Assembly: GCA_044892525.1 (NCBI GenBank) | Contig: CM097885.1 | Location: 162,626,001-162,690,000, forward strand | Direction of reading: 5' to 3' | DNA from: Schmidtea polychroa | Lineage: Eukaryota | Length of the DNA: 64,000 nucleotides | Part shown: positions 53,057 through 64,000 of the stretch, one piece after another | Numbering within the stretch: position 1 is the first letter of the stretch | Layout of the letters: every line of letters starts with the position of its first letter | Notes under the pieces: generated by a model | The model's database searches: none | Told to the model about the DNA's origin: nothing | What the model saw: only the letters and a program-made list of their open reading frames with translations | Translations under genes and position numbers: made by a program

Positions 53057-54745
53057 CTTTATTAATGTGGTTATTTTCTTTTTACATTCTCTTTAATGTT
53101 TTCATATTTTTTTGGTTGTTTCTTATTGTTTCTCTTTTCTCTTTACTATCTATGCTATTATTTAAGTTATTTTCTCCCTATCTCTCATTTATAGCCAATC
53201 ATTGGCTATGATCTTTGCTTACTTCTTATTTAATTAGGTGTGGTCCAGAACATACTACGCTACTAAAGTTATTTAGTTTGGAATTCGAATATTTTTCAAG
53301 GAGATGCCACGAGAGATATATTATTCAAGGTATCAAAGACTATACGCCAATTAATTTTCTCGTATACTAGTGAAAATAATGCTAACAGGTTGTATCGATG
53401 ACATCGCAACACTTTTGTATATAGATTTTGTTAATTGATTTAACGTTTGTGATAAAATGTCATTTTCCTCCTATTAATTGGATAAAAGAAAAATATTTAT
53501 TATCATTCTTACCAAATTAATAATAAAACAAAACATACGCAAAAATGTTTTAAGTAGTAGCAAATTTTATTTCACTCTCAATTCTAGTAGACTATGACTA
53601 CCTACCATTAACTCGATACAGAATATTATTAGACATCTCAGGGCGGATACTGATGACCTCATCGTGAGGGAATGTTGTCGTTCCGGGTGGGGTGTCAAGA
53701 GGAGATGGACCACAATGTGTGCTGCGTCCGTGCTTTGCTTCGGTGTTTTCCCTGACGCGCTGTGTGATTTTTTGAAAATTTTGGCTGTCATCCTTATCGA
53801 TTGATTTTGAGAAATTCATGGATTATTAAGTTTAATCTGATAGTTCGAAAAAATATTTGGTTTGTAGCTAATTAAAATTTCCATCGTACAAATCAAGGTA
53901 ATTTGATTAATCGTTAATATAGATTTTCATTGTCCCATTCTAGATGTTTTGTTCAATAACTAAATTATTTATTTTAACATCCGAGGTTTAATTCAATGCA
54001 TGGCAGTTACGAGTAACATTCAATCTACCGATGAACTTAGTCCAACTTTGTGGAAATTAATTGCAAACATTTACTTGGCATAGTTATGGATATCATGCTA
54101 TTCTTATCAACTATCATCTCATCCTATTCCATTTTATGTCGGATACCAGATCTTTTCGTTGAAAATAATAAAAAACGTTTTGTTAAAATTTTTGGAACTA
54201 TTGCAGAGCTGTCTTCTCCTTCCGGCCTCGTGATAATATTCTATTCAAATCGTCTTCAATTCCGTCGATCATATCCATAACTTTCCACAAATACAACGAT
54301 CAGTTACTTTGGTCTCAGGAACACCCTCAGAGCTATCCACTGAAGCCGTAGTGATACAGCACGAGCAGAATATCCAGGCTATAGGGTAAGAGAATCGTAC
54401 CCCTCCTTTGCCCTGGACCATCAAATCAGGTGAGTCGCTGTCAAATATCTTTATCTTAAACATCAATAAAAAAACGAGTTCTTGTGTTTTAGATCATGAA
54501 ATTTTCAGATTATGAATGATTAAATATGTAAAATATTAATTGTAAAAAGTACGAAAGAATAAATGATTTTTTTAAAAACTTTTATTTTTACATTCTATAT
54601 TAAATTTTATAAATATACCTATTATGACGTAATAATATATAACACAAATTCATAAAATATTTACTATGATATTTCCACAGAATGTTTCGAAATTAATTAG
54701 CTACAAAGTTTCGAATGATTTATCTGGCTGCAAAGTACTTCTATT

Positions 54746-55430
54746 TGTCGCTTAGGGGTGTGTCGCGATAGTGGTTGTTAGGGGAAGTTGTATCTGCTCA
54801 GAAGGACTCCTTCCTAAACGCCCACAACGTAGTCTTTATACGACACATGTGTACCCATGACACTGGTCATGTTGGTGATGTACACACTGGTGGGAATTCA
54901 TGAGCAGGTGAGCCCCTGCGTTAGCACTATTCCTCATTTACATCTACATTATTTTCCCATACTGGTATACTGCCAAACCCCTGGTCCAGTTGAGGGAAGG
55001 CTAATAATGTGGTTTCGACGACGACTAGTTCGTCCCGTACTTTCTCCGCATGAGTGAGATGCTTACGTTTTCGTGAAGTTAACCGTTTCGAAATTGTTGA
55101 TGGTGCTGTTGGGCGCTTAGGGGAGTTTCGAAATAGATGGTTGTCAGGGGCAACTGATTGATTTGCTCTACGAAAGACTCTTTCCTAAACACCCAATTAT
55201 GATTAGCAGTTTATCTACCACGTGTGTACCCATGAAATTATTCATGTTGGTGATGTAAGGAAATCATGAGTAGGTGAACAACTACCTTAGGACTACTACT
55301 CAAGATACTCTCGGTTCGGGTTTCAGAATGACGATAGAAAGTCTTACATCTTTCTCGTGGAAATCACGTTCAATTTCCGATACACCTCTGGTCCAAATGA
55401 GGTCCTCTCAAATCACTTCGTGGCAGTCAA
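54746..55430 (-). mobile_element. Two adjacent 3'-end fragments of the long-LTR family
   Basis: Two diverged copies of the hairpin motif (54852-54933, 55227-55298). Minus-strand ends ..GCGACA (54746) and ..GCGCCCAACA (55107). Confidence 0.65.
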
Positions 55431-56979
55431 CTTAACACATCCTAATGACTATGAATACGCCAAAAAGACACAAAATTCTATTAAAACAAAAATAATATCC
55501 AACAAGATAATTTTTACATTCGCTTTTGACGAGTGACGCAATCTAAATGTAATCTGATACCTTCGCCAGACAACGCAGATAATATAACAAATTACAAACA
55601 TCCTTCAGGTCATCGTGGATACAGTTTATTGATCAGAACGTTAGACTTTTGTGCGTGATTGGAGAGTAGATCAATCAAAACAGATGGAGATTTGTATGAT
55701 ATTGTTTACAAAAGCGAACGTGAGCGACGTTTCCGGTATATTTGTCGAGATTATGATGGAAAGTTTCAGATGCATTGTTGATCGACGATTCTACACAATC
55801 TCCGAAGTCTATTCGAATTTCATGAACTGCCTTGATAGTGTAATTCATGCATGGAGATGTACATTCTGGAATTCACCGCCTTTCTATTACTTCTCTGCTA
55901 GATATATTAAGTCTGAGACAATACATTTATTATCTGTCTATATGGTGTCACTCGAGAAATTCAGTTATACGTAATCATTGGAATTTTTACCATTGGTATT
56001 CGAGAAAGCTTCATCATAGATGTGTTATAGCGAAAGTTCTAACTCAACGAGTGTTTGGTTTTATAGGCATTGTTGGGCTTAAAGCCGAAAATCCGAGTAG
56101 AACTGTGATAATAATTAAGCTCGAAACCATAGAACCCGAAATAAGAGCACGAGAACCCAAACGGTCAGGAGTCACTAAAATAACGTAGTCAACAAATTTA
56201 AAAACTAAGACACAATAATAAGAAAAATAAGCGATATAGATAAAAAGAAAAAGGAAATTAATTAATTAAAAAAGCAAAAACGTAAAAATCAACACCAAGA
56301 AACTAATAATGAGGACCTACAAACCCCGACCAACTAACCACAACAAAACCAATATAAAGAAAATAATTAAAGAAGATAAGAATAATAACAGAAAGTTAAA
56401 ATAAATAAAGGAAAAAGCAATATAAAACGCGAAACAAAAGCAAAAGAAATTAAAAACAACCAGTTATAATCATCAATGGAAATCCGCCAAAAATTGGGAA
56501 AAAAAAGAAAAAACAAAAAAATCAATTAAATAATAAATTAAAACCGATAAGTAAGTCAGAAAAACAAATAAAAACCCAAAAAATAAGAAAATAATAAGAA
56601 ATGCACGCCAACCACGCCCTGATTAAACGAAAAATAATATATAAGGAGGTCGCCTAGATCAGTTGACTAACTCCAAAAATTCTACAACAGGTACAACCAG
56701 AAAACTTCAAAATTCATTCTACAGGCTACCTAGCAACTTATAGATTCATCATGCAGGACTTAATTGAGAGCTACTGACAATTTTAAACAGGAACTTCGGC
56801 AAATATTTTACAACCAAATAACCTAAACCAGTTTATATTACCTTCAAGGGATAAGTTTCAAGGAAATTCAGAGTTTCGTAAACGATTATCACAGTTCTAT
56901 CTGGATTCGAGAATTCGGAAAAGTAATTTGCGATTTCATTTTTATATTTAGTAGTAATTATGATGAACCATATTAAGTA

Positions 56980-57630
56980 CCCTAAGTTCTTGTCTATAAG
57001 CCGCGGCTTATCTAAAAAAAAATCAACCCGACATTCATAAAAACAGTATCGGCTTATACATAAGTACGGCTTATACACAAAATATATTAAATGAAAAGGT
57101 TATGCATTTTTAAAAAAATATTTGCCCACTAGTAATTTTCCTTTTAATTTAAATTCTCGATTAATCAAAGCCATCAAATTCTTCTCCTGATTCAGTATTG
57201 AAAAACTCAAGAATATCATTATAAGATGCTGGAATTTCTGATTCAATTTCGCTCTCGGATTCTTCTTCAAATTCTTCTTCGCTACAAGTGACCCTTATTG
57301 CCTCTTCATTTGAATATTCACAGATATTCGCAGCCTTAAATCCATTTTTAATGCAATCCACCGTTATTTCATCCCAGCATTCGTCGAACCAGTCTGCTAC
57401 CATATGAGGGACATTTCCTATTATGCGGTTTTGTAGACTATCTTGCTGTAAAAGATCAACGGGATGCCATTACGCACGTTGAGGTCCAATAAATATGCGC
57501 GAAATTACTTAAAAACTTTACGGCTTATCCATGAGTCCGGCTTATCTAAGATAAAAAAAATTTTTTTAATATATGTGATTTAGAGAAACCGGTTTATGCA
57601 CGAGTCCGGCTTATAGACAAGAACTTAGGG
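56980..57630 (-). mobile_element. Internally deleted pogo-like element
   Basis: Perfect TIR CCCTAAGTTCTTGTCTATAAGCCG, TA TSD. pogo C-terminal fragment WDEITVDCIKNGFK (57161-57403). Confidence 0.9.
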
Positions 57631-57831
57631 TAGTTTAATTTTGTATATAATACTTTATTAAATCAAAATATTATTGTTCAAATGAATTCGATATTGCTTG
57701 GAAGATCGTGTATGACCCTCTACCGCCAGATAGACGAAAGAAGTTTTCATGAGTTTCGTATGTCGCAGATGTATCACAGGAGCAAGTAAAAATACCCACG
57801 GCAGTTCCAGAAGACCTCTTATGCCATAAGA

Positions 57832-57903
57832 ATATATATGCGGCCCCCGATAACAATCAAGTTTTCTATGTGGCCCTTTATAGAAAAAGTTTGCCCACCC
57901 CTG
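57832..57903 (+). mobile_element. Isolated 3' terminus of the SPIN-like hAT
   Basis: Exact reverse complement of 58647-~58718, ending AGTTTGCCCACCCCTG. Confidence 0.9.
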
Positions 57904-58646
57904 TCTTATGGAGATCATTGAGATTGAGTACGATGAATAGAATGGTAAATCATTTGGTAGACAGTTTTGGGAATAGTCATGCACGGGGCAAGGGATATGG
58001 TCATCGGTGAGAATTTTATTATTATTTTGATTACATGAATTGATAACTTTTGACTTGTTAAAGATTTATCTAAACGGTCAAATCGTCTTGTATGGTCGTT
58101 CAAAAGTAGTTAGTGCTTGCACCGGTGGCTTTTGAGTGAACCGTGCAGGGTAGGAAGACCAATAATATCATTCCAACACCACACATGAACAACAGAAGCA
58201 TTGAAATGTCATCTTCGAGGTGCGAGTAGGAGGATAGTTAGGAAAACTCAATTTTCTGAGAGTAAATTACAGCGTTTCGAATTTTCGTACATATTTGAAC
58301 TCGGCGTACAATTTAGATCACTTGAATTCTCGCAGAACTTTCGTTAACTATCTGGTCAAGAATCTGACATGACAAGCTTCTAAATAACCGAACTCTCTTC
58401 GTACGTTTTACAGAGATATAACCATCGTAATTGTTTCATAAGGAATTTCCACAGCCAGTATCAGGAGTTGATTCAAACTATAGTGTAACCGACAAATACG
58501 GCGCGAATATAACACAGACGACGAGTTTTAAAATGATTTCCGTAGTATTGATCCATAAGAAGCCGAACTAGCAAGACGCGGTAGAAAATCAATTGACATT
58601 CATCACGTAAACATAAGTCCGCAATTGGCCGATGGATAGTCTACAC

Positions 58647-59451
58647 CAGGGGTGGGCAAACTTTTTCTATAAAGGGCCACATAGAAAACTTGATTGTTAT
58701 CGGGGGCCGCATATATATTTTGTGAATTTAATGAACTTAATGAACTCGCCGTCAGAAAAGGGCTTGTTACGTTTTACAATCTTATGGGACAGCATCAAAC
58801 TGGTCTCGGTTGCAGTATCTTGTATTACAGAATGTTTGGTGAGAACAGTTTGCTGCTTCTTTAAATTATTAACCAACTCCTGGCATTTCTTTTTTCTCTC
58901 TTCGTTTGTTAAATTGCGCCCGAAATCCAAATATCTTGTTTTGTAGTGTCTTTTCAAGTTGTACTCTTTAAAGACGCTCACACACTCACGGCACAGCAAG
59001 CAGACTGCTTTGCTCCCAACGCTCGTGAAGCAGTATTTAGCAGTCCATTCGACATTAAAAACACGACATTCGTCTTCAATCTTTCTTTTTTTAGCAACAC
59101 TCATGGGTAATTCAAAGTCTTCGCTTTAAAATTACAATTTTTACAAAGCCTTTCAAAATGTAAATTGTAAATAAAAGCCTCTTCTGGTTGAACGGAAAAG
59201 CAGTTTCAATGTTAACTAGTAATGACCAGTAATTAATAATATTCTGGAGCCATAAAATCAATTAAATATCCATAAATTCGAATCAAAGCAATAAGAAATA
59301 CACTTCAAAAATATAGGCAAAACTGCAAGTCTAAGCTCCAAACAAAGAAAATTAATTTCGCATAGGATTGCCACATGTACATGCATACGGGCCGCATAAT
59401 ATACTCTGACGGGCTGCATGCGGCCCGCGGGCCGTAGTTTGCCCACCCCTG
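58647..59451 (-). mobile_element. Internally deleted hAT (SPIN/GTF2IRD2-like)
   Basis: TIR CAGGGGTGGGCAAACT at both ends, perfect 8-bp TSD GTCTACAC. N-terminal transposase fragment MSVAKKRKIEDECRVFNVEW..CLLC..NLKRHY (59104 to ~58730). Confidence 0.95.
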
Positions 59452-60520
59452 GTCTACACTGTTTATAACAAAGAAACTTCGTTCGGTCTGATCGTACCAT
59501 TCTATTACATTTCCGATTGTAACAATAACATTTACATCAAATTGCTAAAATTGATAAACTTTGATGATGGTAGAACGGATCAAGTCAATGTCAAAATCCA
59601 CATGAAATTTAAATTCAACTTCCTGTTTACCAATCTTATTAATAATTGTTTACCACGCTGTGAAAATTCGATGAATTTTTGATCAATATAAATTCGACCA
59701 GGTAAAATCCAACTTTACAAACAGAATTAAATAATGATATTTGGTGAAATGAAATGCAATTAAACCGACCTTAAATCTCTAGGTATTGAACTGTAGGAGA
59801 TACTAAAACAGGTACAAACTGACCCGACGAGGCGGCAGATTTTTAGATCATAACAGTAAGTTAATAAACTCGACAGCGGGGAGGGTAAATTCCAGATAAT
59901 CTGTATTTTATGTGGTAAACTGCGGAATATTTAGAAGAGTCAAACAAACGAGTAAAACATAGCACTTATTAAACCTAATCGTTAGTCTATTCAACAATAT
60001 CTACCTATCCAACTATCGAAGTAGATGCCTGAATTTTAATGAACATAGAGCAAAACACGAATTTTTCAAATTGCTAAAATAGAATTAAAATTAAAAATTC
60101 GACCTATGATAGTGTGATTGCTTCATTCATTGATCGACAAAATCCCAACTATTAACGAACTCACATGAAAACTAAATCTGTCTATCGGGGATACACATCA
60201 AATTACCCGGGGAATTGCGGACTATATCCTAAAGAAGCGGCGTATTGGTGGGAATTTGAGTGCATATATGAGAAGGGAATGGATCCATCGACGAGTAATA
60301 AATAAAATCGTTTTCTTCAGATATATGCGAACCTAACTTACCGCCAAAGGGGCCGAGACCATGCTTCTCGTGCTCGGACAAGAATGCCGACATCAATAAG
60401 CTTAAGGCACACATCGGGTTTCTTAAACAGCGCACCGAGACGCTTGAACACACGTGGTTCTCCCTGCCACAAATGAAGGAAGAGAAAATGAAAGTTCTCA
60501 GATTGGATCACTGTCGTGAC

Positions 60521-63001
60521 CTATTCCGGATTTACCTATAGGCAGACTAGGCACTGCCTAGGGGCCCGCAGTTTTGGGGGCCCCAAAATCGAAATCATCT
60601 AAGGGGCCACAAAAAAAATATTTTATTTAATGGATTTTTTATATACTAAAATATAAAAAAATTAAAATACAGTATAAAATACATGTATTATATAAAGAAT
60701 TAAAAAAACATTGTACGTATTTTTTTATTTAAGGAAATTTTCTAAAATATCAACAATTTGGGGCCCCAGTAATTTTAAAAGTTGTTATAGTTGAAAAAAT
60801 ATTTTTTCTTTATTTCCGCAACCTCCAAGGGGGTTATAATTAGTGGAGTTTGTCGGTTGAAATTTGCGAAGGCGGGGATCGAATTGTTATTGTGTAGAAA
60901 CATATTTTTTTGGAGTGTTGGTAAAAATTTTATACACAAAAGAAAAAAATTATTTCAAAGGAAATCGGCTTAAAAATAAAAAATTTAAAATAAAGCAATT
61001 TTAGGACGAAGTGAGGCTTTTTTTTAATTGATTAATTGTTAAGATCTAGGTATAGTATAAAAATATTAAAATTATTTAATCAATTTAATTAAAAAATACT
61101 TTAATTAAATTTAAGATAGAATGAAACGAAACTACGCAAGCGGAGCGTTTAAAAGGAAGAAAAAAGCAGAAGGAGAAGAAGAAATTAAGAAAATTCCTAA
61201 GCTAGATTGTTTTTTCACTAAAGATTCTGCAACTGAAAGTGAATTTGTAGCACAACAAGATCGGCACCAAAGCGACCAAATAGAGGTCTCTTCCAGTACT
61301 TCAAATCAACCTATTTTCACTGGAAGTTCAAATCAAGTTTTTAATTATTTCGAAAATAATTTGGAGCTGGTAGATAACATTAATAATGAAAATTTAGTGG
61401 AATCCCTGATTGAATCATCTCCAAATGCAAATCGTGAGAATGACGTAGGATTATGGAGAGAATTGTCTTCTGAAGACACTTTGTACTGGATTGGAAGCAC
61501 TAAATGCCATCATTGAAGATGCAAATTTTGATGGAAACACTAGAAATGAAGCAAATAATTTATTGAATAAAATGGAGGAGTTTGAATTCGCACTTCTCGT
61601 TATATTTTGGGATCAGGTTCTAGAGAGAATTAATGCAGTTTCAAAAAATTTGCAAAGTCCTAAAGTCACATTAGACGTTTGTTCTTCGTTATATGCATCT
61701 CTAGCTTCATATATTACAAATTTGAAAAATAGCTTTGATGAAATTAAAATTGAAGCTAAAAAATTGTTACCAAACACTGACTACACTGTCAAGAGAAAGG
61801 GATTTAAAAAGAAATTTCCAGATGAAGATCAAACTACCACAGAACCAGAAATTAGTGCTAATGAGAACTTTCTAAACAACTAAATGCCATCATTGAAGAT
61901 GCAAATTTTGATGGAAACACTAGAAATGAAGCAAATAATTTATTGAATAAAATGGAGGAGTTTGAATTCGCACTTCTCGTTATATTTTGGGATCAGGTTC
62001 TAGAGAGAATTAATGCAGTTTCAAAAAATTTGCAAAGTCCTAAAGTCACATTAGACGTTTGTTCTTCGTTATATGCATCTCTAGCTTCATATATTACAAA
62101 TTTGAAAAATAGCTTTGATGAAATTAAAATTGAAGCTAAAAAATTGTTACCAAACACTGACTACACTGTCAAGAGAAAGGGATTTAAAAAGAAATTTCCA
62201 GATGAAGATCAAACTACCACAGAACCAGAAATTAGTGCTAATGAGAACTTTCTAAACAACGTCTTCATGAAAATTTTAGAAAACATCGAAAATAATTTGA
62301 TTCAGCGCTCTGATTGTTACTTGGAAATTTCTAAAGTGTTTGGTTTTTTGACAAATATTGAATTGTCGCAAGAAGATTTGAAACAACATGTGAATAACGT
62401 TGTTGAACAATATCCAGATGATATAGACGATTCACTTTTTTTCGAGTTACTACAATTTCACGAATATATCAGGAACGATTGGCCAAATGATCATCCAAAT
62501 CATTTGAGTTTCTACGAGATAATTAAGGAAAAAAATTTGGAAATTGCTTTTCCAAATTTGGAAACAATTTTAAGAATTTTTTTGTGTCTAATGATTGCTA
62601 ATTGCACTGGCGAAAGAAGTTTCTCAAAATTGAAGCTGATTAAAAATTTTTTGAGGTCAACGATGAGTCAAAAAATTTGAATAATTTGGCCTTATTATCT
62701 TGTAACATTGATAAATTGAAAGCTATTGATTTTGATTCATTGATTGATCAATATGCTCTAGAAAAATTTAGAAAGAAAGTTTTGTAAAATTATATTTTTG
62801 ACATGACATATGTATCTTATTTTTAAACGGAATTATTTAATAAATATATTTCAAAATATAAATAGGTAGTAAATAATTATTTCTTAAATACTTTTAGCAA
62901 ATAAAATAACCTACATAATTTCCTTGAAATATACTAATTAATTTTGAGGGCCCCAAAAAGCTCCTTTGCATAGGGCCAACAAATGCTTAAATCCGGCCCT
63001 G
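60521..63001 (+). mobile_element. hAT element (ZMYM1-like), internally deleted; transposase remnant 61121-62787
   Basis: Perfect 8-bp TSD GTCGTGAC. Right TIR rc CAGGGCCGGATTTA vs left CTATTCCGGATTTA. hATC domain FPNLETILRIFL..NCTGERSFSKLKLIKNFLRSTMSQ. Confidence 0.93.
61501..62260 (+). repeat. Perfect 380-bp tandem duplication inside the hAT transposase
   Basis: 61501-61880 reads identical to 61881-62260. Confidence 0.95.
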
Positions 63002-64000
63002 GTCGTGACAGGCTCCTTGAAGAAAGCCGGCGCCAAAGATTAACCATCAAGGCACAGTCAGAAGCCCTTCACCAGATATATACCGACTCGAAATTGCAGC
63101 GAATCCGAGAATTTCCGATTAAATACGGGGTTAACGTATTCCCTTTACATCACAGAGCAGATGAAATGGATACTCCGGTATTATGGTCATGTACCAGTCA
63201 TGGACTTGGATTAGGAAAAATTTATAATCCCATCCTCAGTGGGCACCGATTCCCATCAATCCATCTTCTAACTCCGCACCAGCAAATGTCGGTCTGGTAT
63301 CGCAAGGTATCGCAAAGAAACGAAAAAGGCTATCCAGGGCAGAACGCACGGCGAAACGAAGAGAGAAAATATGGATGCGCTCATCGACGCCCTGCTAGCC
63401 GAAGAGGATCTGAATCTAAACAAATCATCCCAGGAAAACATCTAAGTTCATTCAACTGTACCATTTTGTAAAAATCCGAGAGGTGACATGCTGCGAGTGA
63501 TCTTGATCTATATAAAGACCTTTTATCGCACCCAGGAACCCGCATTGCGAACCTGGTGGGTAGTAGTCTTAATGCAGAGGCTCATCTGTCCATCAGTTTC
63601 TGACCTGCGTACACGATACCAACGTGGACCATCATCATGGGTGTACGTATGGGATATTCATAGTAAATCATGACGGATGCTCGGGGGGAAAGCTGAGCGC
63701 ACAACGAACCTCCGCGGGTACCCAACAGCATGGTCAATTCGAAATCTGCTCGGACGATTCTACTCACTACTATCTCGGATCAATATTTCTTCCTCGCTCA
63801 TTTAGTACGACTGACTACAAACTGTCAATCTGTAGGCCATCAGCACGAGTGCCAACGGTACACAAAGATCCTTACAATCTGGTCCCATCGCATATAATTA
63901 TGATAAAATTAAATCAAAATTTCATACAATAAATGTCGCAGCAAAAATCTTCGTCATTGACTTTAAATGTGTTCACTATGCACTTCAAATATCTCCTGAC

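Larger units (their letters stand above)
60302..63450 (+). pseudogene. LTR-embedded ORF of unknown function, interrupted by the hAT at 60521-63001
   Basis: Removing the hAT and one TSD restores a frame open from 60302 (..PCFSCSDK..LRLDHCRD|RLLEESRRQ..QSEALHQIYT). A probable frameshift near 63215 leads to ..MDALIDALLAEEDLNL. Confidence 0.6.
56071..63727 (+). mobile_element. Long solo-LTR-like element, copy 3 (~3.6 kb after removing four nested DNA transposons)
   Basis: TGTTGGGCTT at 56071 and CCCAACA at 63727, with 4-bp TSD GCAT on both sides. A-rich 5' tract; family hairpin motif at 63561-63645. Confidence 0.78.

Noticed and set aside
53560-54470. Minus-strand ORFs 53598-53819 and 54269-54466 as host exons
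   Set aside because: Intervening frames contain many stops and no homology was recognisable.
63731-63750. TGGTCAATTCG after the LTR end as a PBS
   Set aside because: It does not resemble a tRNA 3' end, and the intervening GCAT is explained as the TSD.

Overview
AT-rich eukaryotic (probably invertebrate animal) draft-assembly sequence with four N-gaps (30013-30157, 31718-31894, 32797-32928, 43614-43793). It is almost entirely nested transposable elements. I found no intact host gene, rRNA, tRNA or CRISPR array. DNA transposons: five hAT elements or remnants, four Tigger/pogo elements, a Tc1 remnant and a TA-targeting MITE, several with TIRs and TSDs readable by eye. The unusual content is retroviral-like. 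(i) Two different Ty3/Gypsy elements (14.4-21.7 kb, +; 28916-41189, -, with LTRs, PBS, PPT and TSD) share an atypical layout. A chuvirus-like envelope glycoprotein lies UPSTREAM of, and in frame with, the aspartic protease (gag-env-PR-RT-RH-IN), and a second membrane-anchored protein follows pol. One element also carries a ubiquitin-like domain and an AT-hook; the other carries PTAP/YPx3L late-domain motifs and a separate REX4/ISG20-like DEDD exonuclease ORF. (ii) A family of long (2.4-3.6 kb) TGTTGGG...CCCA(A/G)CA solo-LTR-like elements with 4-bp TSDs contains fossil ORFs of an unrecognised basic/acidic protein and a conserved, covarying two-hairpin motif near the 3' end. All family assignments come from motif recognition by eye, not from database searches.
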